Source of the DNA: a virus
Taxonomy: Duplodnaviria; Caudoviricetes
Length of the DNA stretch: 52,910 nt
Strand: one strand, 5' to 3'
Virus record (IMG/VR): IMGVR_UViG_3300032401_000016
Location: 1-52,910 of that record
The notes beneath the pieces are model-generated. The model saw only the letters and a program-made list of their open reading frames with translations. It was not told the origin of the DNA and did no database searches. Positions 13,617-23,159 of the stretch are shown one piece after another (within the stretch, counting starts at the first letter, position 1; every line of letters begins with the position of its first letter). A program made the translations under genes and the position numbers.

Positions 13617-13645
13617 AATGTAGCACACGCCCCGGCCCGTGTCAA
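13617..13645 (-). promoter_or_regulatory. Sigma70-type promoter of the tRNA array
   Basis: TTGACA-17 nt-TACATT with extended -10 TG. Confidence 0.85.
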
Positions 13646-13649
13646 GAGG

Positions 13650-13681
13650 AAAAGTTCGGGGGCGAGCCTGGGCCCGCCCCC
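13650..13681 (-). terminator. Intrinsic terminator of the late operon
   Basis: GGGGGCGGGC-CCAG-GCTCGCCCCC then GAACTTTT. Confidence 0.6.
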
Positions 13682-13710
13682 TACCCCTTAACCCCTTCTA
13701 AACCATAGAG

Positions 13711-14088
13711 TTACATGGGCGGAAGGGGCGGCGGCGGGGTCTTGTCCGCGATCTTCTGGGCCGCGGCGGCCGCGCGCTGCGCGAGGATGAACTTCAGGAC
13801 GCTCAAGAACGTGCGGCCCGTGGCCTTCGCGCTCGACTGCATACCGCTCGCGAGGACCGTGGTTGCGGCCGACTCGAACAGGACGCTGTACGCGGCGGCC
13901 CCGATCACGCTGAAGATGCCGGCCTCGGCCGGCTTGATCTCGAGCGCGAGCCTTCCGAAGAACTGGAGCAGGAAGTTCACGATCGGGATCGCCTGGTTGT
14001 TGAGCGACGTCTTGTTCTTGAGGAGGTACCCGACGACGAGCGCGATGCCCACCGCGAGGGCCTGGTTGAGGATCAGAGTGAGGTCCAC
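13711..14088 (-). CDS. Holin-like membrane protein
   Basis: AAGGAG RBS; 2-3 hydrophobic helices; last gene of the virion operon. Confidence 0.6.
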   Translation of the reverse strand: MDLTLILNQALAVGIALVVGYLLKNKTSLNNQAIPIVNFLLQFFGRLALEIKPAEAGIFSVIGAAAYSVLFESAATTVLASGMQSSAKATGRTFLSVLKFILAQRAAAAAQKIADKTPPPPLPPM

Positions 14089-14130
14089 AGCGTTCTCCTT
14101 GTGGCGGTTCGTGTTCCGGAGCCGTCGCCG

Positions 14131-16719
14131 CTACCGCCGTTCACGGTCGCGCTCCTCTTGCTGCGCCTGCGCTACACCAGCGACGCGCGCGAGCCGGTCG
14201 CGTGCCTTATCGCGCCTCTTCATTGCTTCCTCGGCCTTCGCGGTCTCTCCGTTAATCAGGAGCGACCGCACCCTCATGTTGGCGTCGTCGAAGTCGCGCT
14301 TCGCGTCGACGAGAGCCGCGTTCTTGATGCCGGGCCCGGTGCGGGTGATCGAAGTCTGGGTCATTCCCCCGAGGGCCGACATCGTCCGCTTCGCGGCTTC
14401 CTTCTGGCCCCACGTTTTCGCGGCGAGGATGTGCTCCCGCGTCATGCGTACCTGCGGGACCAGCCCGGTCACGAGGTCCGACCCGCTCTCCTCCTGACCG
14501 GTGAGGAGATTGCGCTTGTAGCCCATCTCGATCGCCATGCGCGCCGGCATCAGGGACCCGGCCCAGAAGCGACCGGCGCCCGCCGCGACCGATCCCGCAA
14601 GTTCGGCGGGGGTCTGGTAGCGTTCGGTGACACGCCGGAGACGGCTCGGAAGGTTCCCGAGCCCGAACATGCTGGCGACCTGCTCCGGGACCCAGTACTG
14701 GATGCGCTTCACGACAGGCTTTCCGGTCGGGTCCTTGAGCGGGCGCCCATCTGGCCCTGCCACGATCACGTGGAGTCCGAGCTGCTCGAACTCCGGAAGC
14801 GAGCGCTCGACCGCGGCGAACTCGTCGTCCTGGTAGTTCCACATCATGATCGCGGTCGGCACCGCCGCGATTCCCGCGAGCATCGTGCCCCGCGTGCTCT
14901 TGTCGGTCGAGAGCGCAAGAATCTTCGGGGTCACGGCCCCGAAGAACGTGTAGAACGGGGCCATGAAGCGCGCGGTCGGGTTCCGCATGATCGCGGGACC
15001 CTTCGAGAAGTCGACCGTGATGTTGCGGCCCACGCGCCCGTACTCCGCGAGGTTTCCCAGGCGCTTCAGGGCCTCCTCCCCGGCCGCGATCTTCGGGGTG
15101 AGCTCCCCGGCCTGCCGCAGATTCGCGAGGAACTGGAGCGCGCCCGGGACGGCCTTCTTCAGGAGGTTCCGGCTGTCGGTCTCGTGGAGCTCCTTGAGGA
15201 TGCCCGACACCGGGGCGCCTCCCACGTCGTACGTGAAGGTCGAGGACGCGAGGCCCTCGTGGAGCGCGCGCGCGTACTTCCGGCCGCCCTTCCCGAAGAA
15301 CACGCCTCCGATCGCGGACCCGAACGCGTCGGGCCACTCGCGCAGGAACCCGAGCACCCGGCCGGGGCCGCCCTCGGCCGCGAGCGTGGTGAGCGCGAGC
15401 GCGTGGTCCGACACGAAGTTCACGGACGTGACCGCGGGGTTGTAGCTCGTGAACATGCGGGTAAAGGCCTGGGCGCCGCGGTAGATGCGGTTCTCGGACT
15501 CGCCGGGGATTCGGGGGTTGAAGTTCTCGAGCGCCTCCGCGACGCGCTTCGGGAGCACGAAGCCCCTCGCGAGCTCGTTGGCCCGCGCGCGCTTCATCGC
15601 GGCGGTCTGGCGGGCCGTGAGCCCGTCGATCGCTCCGTCCATCGCCTGCTGGATCGGGTCCTTCGCGCCCATGTAGCCGATCTTCCCGGGCCTCGGGACG
15701 TAGTACGCGAGCCCCGGGGGCAGCGGCCCGCCGGCCTCCCGAATCGCCTTGATCTCCGAGCGGTCCGTGAAGTTGATGGTCTGGTCGTTCAGGACCTTCG
15801 TGAGGAGGTCCTCCTCCGCGACGCGGCGCCGCACTACCGAGAGGTAGTCCGAGAGAAGCGTTACGGCGTCGGTGTTCCGGTGTCCGCCTTCGTGTCCGCG
15901 GCGCAGGAACTGCACGAGCGGCTCCGACATCACGCCCTCTTCCCCGCGGTCCTTCGAGACCGCATCGAGGACCATCGCCATCCTCTTGATGGGGGAGTAG
16001 GCCTCGTTGCGGCTCTCCTCGCTGACCCACCCGCGCTCCACCGCGGTCTCGAACGCGTCGTCGTACTTCTGGCGGACAGACTCGTGCACCGCCCTCGTGT
16101 CGCCATCGAGCGCGGCCCACAGGCGGGGCACGGCACCCTCGAGCTCGGCCTTCGTCAGCCCGTCGACGGTGTCCACCTTGTTGTGTGCGATCTGCGCGAG
16201 CCGGTCCGCGTTCACCATGAAGTCCGAGAGCTGGCGCGCCTTCGCGTACGTCTGGCGCCCCAGTCCGGAGATCGGCTTGAAGACGTCATCCTTGAGCTCG
16301 AGCTCGACCTGCTCGCGGATACGGCGCTCGAACGCGCGGGTCTCCCCGAAGTCCTCGCGCATCTTCTTCGGGAGCCCGGCCTCGCCGAGGAACAGGCTCC
16401 CGAGCCAGACCTTCGCGTCGTCCGTGATGTCGGCGATCGTCTTGCGGGTCGCGGGCGCCGGTACCGTACGGCTCGCGCGGCGCATCGACTCGGGGCCCGC
16501 GAACGGGACATCGAGCCCGGCCTCCCGCACGCCAGCCGGGAGCTCGCCGGCCGCCGGCATACGCTTCAGGGCCCGCTCGAGGATCGCGGGCGCCGCCGCG
16601 GTACCGCGCGCCCCGGCCTCCGGCACCGCGCTCTCCGCGATGCCCCTGAATGCCTGGCTCAATCCCCGACCGAGGCCTCGTGCCGCCTCTACGAACGGTT
16701 CTACCGGGAGCGGTGTCAT
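14131..16719 (-). CDS. Large internal virion/ejection protein (LPD38-like C-terminal region)
   Basis: About 862 aa, helical; RNITVDFSKG...PFY...WNY pattern; ATGA overlap with the upstream gene. Confidence 0.7.
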   Translation of the reverse strand: MTPLPVEPFVEAARGLGRGLSQAFRGIAESAVPEAGARGTAAAPAILERALKRMPAAGELPAGVREAGLDVPFAGPESMRRASRTVPAPATRKTIADITDDAKVWLGSLFLGEAGLPKKMREDFGETRAFERRIREQVELELKDDVFKPISGLGRQTYAKARQLSDFMVNADRLAQIAHNKVDTVDGLTKAELEGAVPRLWAALDGDTRAVHESVRQKYDDAFETAVERGWVSEESRNEAYSPIKRMAMVLDAVSKDRGEEGVMSEPLVQFLRRGHEGGHRNTDAVTLLSDYLSVVRRRVAEEDLLTKVLNDQTINFTDRSEIKAIREAGGPLPPGLAYYVPRPGKIGYMGAKDPIQQAMDGAIDGLTARQTAAMKRARANELARGFVLPKRVAEALENFNPRIPGESENRIYRGAQAFTRMFTSYNPAVTSVNFVSDHALALTTLAAEGGPGRVLGFLREWPDAFGSAIGGVFFGKGGRKYARALHEGLASSTFTYDVGGAPVSGILKELHETDSRNLLKKAVPGALQFLANLRQAGELTPKIAAGEEALKRLGNLAEYGRVGRNITVDFSKGPAIMRNPTARFMAPFYTFFGAVTPKILALSTDKSTRGTMLAGIAAVPTAIMMWNYQDDEFAAVERSLPEFEQLGLHVIVAGPDGRPLKDPTGKPVVKRIQYWVPEQVASMFGLGNLPSRLRRVTERYQTPAELAGSVAAGAGRFWAGSLMPARMAIEMGYKRNLLTGQEESGSDLVTGLVPQVRMTREHILAAKTWGQKEAAKRTMSALGGMTQTSITRTGPGIKNAALVDAKRDFDDANMRVRSLLINGETAKAEEAMKRRDKARDRLARVAGVAQAQQEERDRERR

Positions 16720-19700
16720 TGGGTACCCCTCGTGGCGGCCGGCTCCTCCGGCCCGTATCCCTTCGGCAGGGCCCGGCCCTCGCCCGCCCGCTGGAACCGG
16801 TACGGGAGCTCGACGCACATGCGCTGGAACTTCGGCCACGTGTCGGCGATGATGCTCGAGAACGTCCCGCGCGGGCTTACGGCGTTGCCCACCCCGAACG
16901 TGGTGTTCGGGAGGATTTCAAGGATAATGCTCGTCTGCTCGTTGGTTGGGCGGTACGTGAGCTCGGCGTTGAGCTCTCCCCGCGCCTGGACCCGGATGAA
17001 CCCGAGGTTCAGGAGCGTCTGGTTCGACCCGTTGTTCGCGCCGATCGTGGGCGGGGCCGTGACTCCGGCGCCCCTCAGCATCTGGTCGGCCACCATGCTG
17101 TGGCGCCCGTCCTTCGCGGCGATCAGGGTCCCGTTCGGGGCGAGCCACAGCATCGTGCGGCCCTTCGAGAGCCCGACGTCCTTCGGGCTCGTGACCATGT
17201 GCTTCACGGTCGTGACCATCTTCTGGACCGTGTCGTTCCACTTGTAGGTGTCCTCGATTCCGCGCTGGAACTCCCCGAACGTCTTCGCCTCGATGATGTT
17301 CGAGGGCCACAGGCCGCCGGACTCCGTGTAGATTTCGGCCGTGATGCCGGCCTCGTTCCCGTGCTCCTGGTGCATCTTGTACTGGCGCGCGATCGTCTGG
17401 ACCTGCTCCGGAGTCGGGGCCTTCCCGATGCTCACGGCGAAGTTGTCCATCCCCGGGTTCACGCGGATCATGCCCTCGCGCTGGAAGGCGACCGACGCGT
17501 CGCCCTCGTACTTCACCTTGAGCTTCTTGTACGCCCCCTCCGCGAGCTCGTGGTGGGTGTCGGTCCCGAGCCGCATCACGCGTCCGTCCGGGACCACGTA
17601 CGCGGGCTCGAGGAACGACCCGTCCGCGGGCTTCACGACAGCGAGCTCACCCTTCCCGAGGGGGCGCTTCGAGTAGAGCGCTACGACCTGCTCCCAGAGC
17701 GCCTTTCCGGCCGGCGGCTTCTTCGCGAGCGACTTCTTGAGGAGGTCCGCCGGGGCGATCATGGGCTCCGGGGCAGCCGCCCCGAGCGCGAGCGCGCCCT
17801 GCTCGGGCGGCGGGATGAAGCGTCCCGGGGCCTTCGCGTGGCTTTCGGCCCGGTTCTTGAACACGATCTCGCTCGCGGCCGCGAACGCGAGGTCCCCGGA
17901 GTCGCGCGCGCCGGCCTCCCGCCACAGGCGCTTCTCGCGGTCCCACAGTACGGCCTGGAGAGCGTCGGGGTCGATCCCGAGCTGGTTCGCCATGTCGATG
18001 ATCGTGGCGCGGATAACCTCTCCCTCCTCGTCGTTCACGGGCGCGTCAATCAGCACGCCGTTCTTGTCGAACGGGGTGCCCATCAGCCGGTGCCACCAGC
18101 GCGTCATCCACACGTCGACCGTGACCTCGTCGTGGATGCCCATCAGGTTGAGCCAGAACCGCCCGACCTTCGGACCGAACTCCGAGACCGCGTTGTAGAC
18201 CCCCTTCTCGTTCTTCGTGAGGAGGTAGTCGACGAGCTGCTGCTCACCGCCGTGCTCCTGGACGAGCTTGGAAACCTTCGTGAGCGACGGGCGGACGTTG
18301 CGGCCGAGCTCCTGCCCGAGGCGCGCGATGATCGGAACCTTGCCGGTGCGGGAGTAGTGGTCCCAGACGCGCGACGCGGTGTCGACGTTGAGGATCGGCT
18401 TGCGGGTCGGGCTTGTGATGGCCGTGACCATCTTGTAGACCCCGAGTCCCCCGGGGTTGCCGAGGAGGTGCGGGAACTCCTTCTGGACGTTCTTCTCGAA
18501 CGCCGCGATGTCGTCGTGGTACCAGACCGCGGCCTTCGGGTTCGCGTCCATGTACTTCTTGACGTTCTCGAGGATGTCGGACTCGGCTCGCGAGCGCGCT
18601 TCCACAAGGTCCGCGGCCTTCGGGACCCCCTTCGTGAGCCGCCGCGCGACGTGGGTGGTCGAGACCCTTTCGGTGCTCGTGGTCGGGGCCCCGGCGCTCA
18701 GCGAGTCGTAGACCTTGCCCTTTCCGCGGGCCTCGATGATGCCCGAGAACTCCTTCTCCGGGAGGATTGCGCCCTTCGGCTTCGCGAGCGTGAACGGACG
18801 GGCCTCCGAGGCCTCCTTCGAGAGGATTTTTCCGAAGCGGACCGACGCGGTCTGCCCGAGCGTCTCGGTCGCGAGGGCCGGGATCGCCATGTTCGAGAAC
18901 AGCTCGCTGTGCGCGAGCCACGCGTTGTACGCGCCGCGGGTGTCGAATCCGTAGCCGCTCGCGGAGTGCCCGAACAGGTCGTGCACGGCGCGCAGCATGT
19001 CGTTGTCCTCCGGGCTCATGAACGGGTGGGAGTAGTCGTCCGGAGTCTTCGGGAGCCGGATCGTGTTGTTCTCCCGCAGGTCCCGGTTCAGGCTCTCGAC
19101 CGATCCCCTGTACGGGTCTCCGGTCCCTTCGAACACGAAGTTGATTCCGGAGTCCTGGGCCTTCTTGAACTGGCGCTTCACTTCGTTCTTCAGCGCGTCG
19201 TAGTGCTTCTTCGCGCTTGGGTCCTTCTCCGGGAGCTTGTTGTAGAGGGACGCGATGTCCCTGCCCCACGAGTTGCGGAACTCGAGGAAGTCTCGGGCGA
19301 CCGGCGGAAGCCCGCCCCCGAGTTCGTCCATGTAGTGCGACGCGATGACGCGCGAGTAGTCGTTCCCGACGGTCCCGCGCGAGTTGTGCATCGCGAGCGC
19401 GCTCTGGTAGAGGCGGTTCAGGTGGGGCTGAACGGCTTCCCCGAAGTCCTGAAGCATCATCGTCGAGAAGTCCGCGAACTTCGTGGCGCCCCGGAGAATG
19501 TAGTTCGCTCCGATGATCGCGGCGTCGCGGATGTTCGCGGGGTCGATGTAGCCGCCCTCACCGGCAAACAGGTTGTAGAAGTCCGTCTGGACGCCCTTGA
19601 TCTCTCCGGACGCGACGCGCGCCTGCTGGCGCTCGAGGATTCGGGCCTTCGCGGCCACGATGTTGCGGTCGGCGAGCTCCGTGAACTCGCGCCAGTGCCC

Positions 19701-21482
19701 GGGCCCCGGGAGCGGGGCGTCGGTAGCGCCCCGGAGGTTCGAGCTCGGGCGCTGCATGTAGACGACGTCGGGTCCGCCCGGGGTCCAGTTCGGCTCCCGG
19801 CGGTACTCCTTGAACCCGAAGAGCTTGTAGAAGTCCGGGAGGTACGGGTCGAACACGTCGAGGTGGGTCGCGCCCATGTCTACGGCGTCCTGGGCCGCGA
19901 TCGCTCCGGCCCCCGGCCTTCCGGCGTTGAAGAGCGACGCGAGCTCGAGCCCGCCATCCTCTCGGGGGATCAGCGCGAAACCGGTTTTCCCGTCGGGGGC
20001 CAGGTACGTCTTCGCGCCCTTCCCCGCGAGGTCCTCGGCCGTGTAGGGCGTCAGCATACTTCCGACCGTGTTCCCGGTCCGGGTCGGGACGTCCTTCACG
20101 GCCTGCACGGCCGCGACGAACGCCGCGGGGTCCGCGGGCTGGACCGTGCGGGCTCCCCCGAACGCCGCCGAGGGCTCAAGCGGCGCTGCGGCCGGGGGAG
20201 TCGGGGGGCGCTCCGGGAGGACCTGCTCGATCGGGCTCTGGAGCCCCGGGACGCTCTGGGGCGGCGCGGCGGGCAGCGGGCCCTCGGCCGTGACCCCGAG
20301 GGGGGCTACGGGCGGTCCGGGCGGGACTGCGGTGGGCTCGAGCACGGCGGCGCCGGCGGCCGGCCGGGGCTGCTCGAGCGGCCCTACGACCTCCAGCGGC
20401 TGCTGGGGCGCGCGGGGCGCCTCTACCATTCGGCCCTCGGGGGCGAGGCGCGCGGCCGGGCCCTCGGGGGGAGGCATGGGGGCGGCTCCCTGGAGGCCGG
20501 GAACGCGTCCCTCGATGGTGTTCGGCTCCGGCCCGAGGCCGGGGTACTGGCCGGCCGGGGGCTCCGTCACGGTGCGCGGCGGGCCGGCCGGCGGGAGCTC
20601 GACCGGGTGCGGCTCGACCGGCTCCGGAACGGGCTTGGTCCCGAGGCGCTCGGCCACCGAGGCCTCGAGCGGCGCGGCCGGGGTTCCGAGCCAGTAGCGG
20701 AGCTGGCGGCCCGCGGCCTCGCCGCCGGCGTGGAGCCCGGCCCCGATGAGGGAGCCGGCCACGACGCCCTGGGCGACGTTCGACACGAGCTGCTGGGGGT
20801 CCTCGCCCTTCAGGGTCCCGAGGATGCCCTCGTACGTGCCGCCGTACGTGGCGCCCGCGGCCGCCGCGCGCTGCCACGCGGCCGCGCCGGCCTCCGCCAG
20901 CCCGCGCCCGAGGGCCTGCTCGGCCTTGTAGCCGGCGAACAGCGACCCGACCTCGGCCGCCGCGCGCGGGAGGGCCTCGACGGCCTGGGCTGGACCCGTC
21001 TCGATTCCGGTGGCCTTCTTGAGGCTCTTCCGGGCCCCGGCCGGGAGGGCCGCGGTCGGGAGGTACATGAGCTTCCCGACGGCTTCCGAGCCCTCGCGCA
21101 GGGTGTTGAGTACCCCGCCCCCGAGGGCCCCAGCCGCTCCCCGCACGGCCTCGGCCTCCGGGGTCTTCAGGCCCGCGAGGGCCTCCGGGATTCCGGGGCT
21201 CACCATGCGGCCGAGCTGCGACAGGACCCCCCGTCCCTTGGGCGGGACCGGGGCCGGGCCGTAGGTCTTCGCGAGCCCGACGAGGAACTGCTCCTCCGTC
21301 AGGTCCCCGAAGTCGACCTTGTGGACGCCCTTGATGAGCTTTTCGTCATCTAGGTCCTCGAGCTCGGGGTAGAGCGAGCGCAGCCCGGCCACTGGCCCCT
21401 GGGGGCTCGGGGGGGCTACGGGGGGCGGCTCAGGTCGGGTGCGCTCGGGTGCTACCGGCTTCCAGCCCTGGGGGTCGGCCAC
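16716..21482 (-). CDS. 1588-aa polyvalent internal virion protein (GNAT-like, metallopeptidase-like, HhH-glycosylase-like and duplicated C-terminal domains)
   Basis: GGAGG RBS; motifs LDVFD..LPDFYKLFGFKE, RAVHDLFGH, TVDVWM...LQAVLW, and two PDG/PNG...H...GxIRV...PTxEQ repeats. Confidence 0.8.
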   Translation of the reverse strand: MADPQGWKPVAPERTRPEPPPVAPPSPQGPVAGLRSLYPELEDLDDEKLIKGVHKVDFGDLTEEQFLVGLAKTYGPAPVPPKGRGVLSQLGRMVSPGIPEALAGLKTPEAEAVRGAAGALGGGVLNTLREGSEAVGKLMYLPTAALPAGARKSLKKATGIETGPAQAVEALPRAAAEVGSLFAGYKAEQALGRGLAEAGAAAWQRAAAAGATYGGTYEGILGTLKGEDPQQLVSNVAQGVVAGSLIGAGLHAGGEAAGRQLRYWLGTPAAPLEASVAERLGTKPVPEPVEPHPVELPPAGPPRTVTEPPAGQYPGLGPEPNTIEGRVPGLQGAAPMPPPEGPAARLAPEGRMVEAPRAPQQPLEVVGPLEQPRPAAGAAVLEPTAVPPGPPVAPLGVTAEGPLPAAPPQSVPGLQSPIEQVLPERPPTPPAAAPLEPSAAFGGARTVQPADPAAFVAAVQAVKDVPTRTGNTVGSMLTPYTAEDLAGKGAKTYLAPDGKTGFALIPREDGGLELASLFNAGRPGAGAIAAQDAVDMGATHLDVFDPYLPDFYKLFGFKEYRREPNWTPGGPDVVYMQRPSSNLRGATDAPLPGPGHWREFTELADRNIVAAKARILERQQARVASGEIKGVQTDFYNLFAGEGGYIDPANIRDAAIIGANYILRGATKFADFSTMMLQDFGEAVQPHLNRLYQSALAMHNSRGTVGNDYSRVIASHYMDELGGGLPPVARDFLEFRNSWGRDIASLYNKLPEKDPSAKKHYDALKNEVKRQFKKAQDSGINFVFEGTGDPYRGSVESLNRDLRENNTIRLPKTPDDYSHPFMSPEDNDMLRAVHDLFGHSASGYGFDTRGAYNAWLAHSELFSNMAIPALATETLGQTASVRFGKILSKEASEARPFTLAKPKGAILPEKEFSGIIEARGKGKVYDSLSAGAPTTSTERVSTTHVARRLTKGVPKAADLVEARSRAESDILENVKKYMDANPKAAVWYHDDIAAFEKNVQKEFPHLLGNPGGLGVYKMVTAITSPTRKPILNVDTASRVWDHYSRTGKVPIIARLGQELGRNVRPSLTKVSKLVQEHGGEQQLVDYLLTKNEKGVYNAVSEFGPKVGRFWLNLMGIHDEVTVDVWMTRWWHRLMGTPFDKNGVLIDAPVNDEEGEVIRATIIDMANQLGIDPDALQAVLWDREKRLWREAGARDSGDLAFAAASEIVFKNRAESHAKAPGRFIPPPEQGALALGAAAPEPMIAPADLLKKSLAKKPPAGKALWEQVVALYSKRPLGKGELAVVKPADGSFLEPAYVVPDGRVMRLGTDTHHELAEGAYKKLKVKYEGDASVAFQREGMIRVNPGMDNFAVSIGKAPTPEQVQTIARQYKMHQEHGNEAGITAEIYTESGGLWPSNIIEAKTFGEFQRGIEDTYKWNDTVQKMVTTVKHMVTSPKDVGLSKGRTMLWLAPNGTLIAAKDGRHSMVADQMLRGAGVTAPPTIGANNGSNQTLLNLGFIRVQARGELNAELTYRPTNEQTSIILEILPNTTFGVGNAVSPRGTFSSIIADTWPKFQRMCVELPYRFQRAGEGRALPKGYGPEEPAATRGTQ

Positions 21483-21485
21483 GGG

Positions 21486-22433
21486 TTACCCTCCGGTCGC
21501 GGCGGCGCGGATCGCGTCGATCTTGCCCTGCCGCGGGCTGGCCGGCGTGGTGGGCGAGGCGGCGGCGCCGGCGCCGGGCGTCGAGGGCGTGAGCTTCCCG
21601 TCCGCGTAGTCCTGGAGGACCTGGCGGTCGGACGCGTCCATGTCGGCGTTCTCCCGCGCCTTGAGCTCGTCCTTCTTGGCCTCCGTCAGCATCGCGAGGC
21701 CGCCGAGCGCCCGGATGTACGCGTCGGTCGAGGTCTGGATCGCCATGCGGCGGCGCTCCATCGCCTGCGCGACGTGCTTCGGGACGCTGTAGAGCGACTG
21801 GAGCTGGTCGGTCTTGAGGGCCGCGTTGAGTCGCGCGAGGCTCTCCTTCCCGCCGTACGTCGCCCTGATCTTCTCGAGGGCGCGCTGGTGCTCGACCTTC
21901 CCCTCCTCCTCCTTGCGGGCGCGCTCGTCCTTCGCATTCTTCGCGTTGAGGGCCCCGATTTCCTCCTCCTTCTTGAGCGCGGTCTTCACGTCGTTCGAGC
22001 GGAGCGCCATGTCGGCCTCGGCCTTGAGGCGCGAGAGGTGGAGATCACGCAGGCCGCCGACCCGGGTCTGCTGCGACGCGAGCGACTCGCGGCGCCGCTG
22101 CTCGACGGTCGAGAGGACCTGCTCCGCGATCCCGGACTGGCCGGTGAGCGAGGAGCCCATGATCCCCATCGCGGCCGCGCCCGCGGCCTGGAGCGGGTTC
22201 ATCGGGGCGACCTGCGGCTCGGCCTCCTGCCGCGAGGCCTCTTCCTCGAACATCTTGCGGACGTCGTCGTTGAGCCGGAGCTGACCCTGGTCGATCATCG
22301 AGGAGAGCCGCCCGAAAACGCCGCGAATGCGCTGCACTTCTGGGTCGTTCTCGTCGGCGGGTACTTCCTGCGGGGTCGCGCTCGTGGGGGCCGTCAGGCT
22401 CTGTCCCTGGAGTGTGTTCTGGAGGTCTGCCAT
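21486..22433 (-). CDS. Coiled-coil internal virion protein
   Basis: AAGGAG RBS; helical, charged; lies in the ejection cluster. Confidence 0.7.
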   Translation of the reverse strand: MADLQNTLQGQSLTAPTSATPQEVPADENDPEVQRIRGVFGRLSSMIDQGQLRLNDDVRKMFEEEASRQEAEPQVAPMNPLQAAGAAAMGIMGSSLTGQSGIAEQVLSTVEQRRRESLASQQTRVGGLRDLHLSRLKAEADMALRSNDVKTALKKEEEIGALNAKNAKDERARKEEEGKVEHQRALEKIRATYGGKESLARLNAALKTDQLQSLYSVPKHVAQAMERRRMAIQTSTDAYIRALGGLAMLTEAKKDELKARENADMDASDRQVLQDYADGKLTPSTPGAGAAASPTTPASPRQGKIDAIRAAATGG

Positions 22434-22442
22434 TGGGGCTCC

Positions 22443-23150
22443 TTAGAAGCGGTACGGCGACTTGTTGGAGAACATCTTCCCGAAGGTCGGGGAGAGCGCG
22501 TTGTTCTTGTACCCTCCGAGGTCCGGAAGCAGGGGAGTCCCAGGGGTTCGGAGGAACTGCGGGGTGCTCATCGAGTTCTGGAACTGCTGGAGCGCGCCGC
22601 CCGTGTAGCTCGCGGCGCCGCCGGCCGGCGCGGTCTTCGCGGGCAGCATCGAGAGCCCGACCCCGGCTCCGCCCGTGATTGCGCCACCGATCTTCTCTGC
22701 GAACGTCGGGGTCTGGGCCTCCTGCATACGGCCCTGGGCCGCGATCCCCATCCGGTTGTTGACGTTCGAGGTCACGGACCCGAGGGCGCCCGCGAGCGTC
22801 TGGGCCCGGCCCTGGAGCTCGAGCGCGGTGCCGGCCTCCGCGCCGGTAGCGGCCGCGAACGACGTCATGCCCGAGGAGCCCTCTCCGCCAAGACCCGCCT
22901 TCGCCATCCTGTCCTGGATGTTCTGGCTGATTCGCCCGCCCGCGAGCTGCGCGTCGCGCGCCATCTTCTGCCCAACCGGTGAGGTGATGAGCGTATTGAA
23001 GAGGTCGAGCGTCTCCTTGCTGATCGTCTCGGTTCCGAAGAACCTCTTGAGCTCTTCGGGGCTCATTGGGGTCTTGCGCTTTCCGAAGAGGCCGATGATG
23101 CTACCGAGAACTCCGGCTCCGGCGAGTACCGCCGCGATCGGGAATGGCAT
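22443..23150 (-). CDS. Gly/Ala-rich ejection (pilot-type) protein
   Basis: MPFPIAAVLAGAGVLGSIIGLFG N-terminus of the kind seen in podovirus small ejection proteins. Confidence 0.65.
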   Translation of the reverse strand: MPFPIAAVLAGAGVLGSIIGLFGKRKTPMSPEELKRFFGTETISKETLDLFNTLITSPVGQKMARDAQLAGGRISQNIQDRMAKAGLGGEGSSGMTSFAAATGAEAGTALELQGRAQTLAGALGSVTSNVNNRMGIAAQGRMQEAQTPTFAEKIGGAITGGAGVGLSMLPAKTAPAGGAASYTGGALQQFQNSMSTPQFLRTPGTPLLPDLGGYKNNALSPTFGKMFSNKSPYRF

Positions 23151-23159
23151 TTGGTTCTC

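Noticed and set aside
14101-21353. Very long plus-strand ORFs (1048 and 1567 aa) opposite the virion genes
   Set aside because: Antisense shadows of high-GC3 coding sequence: Arg/Gly/Leu-biased, no motifs, no RBS.
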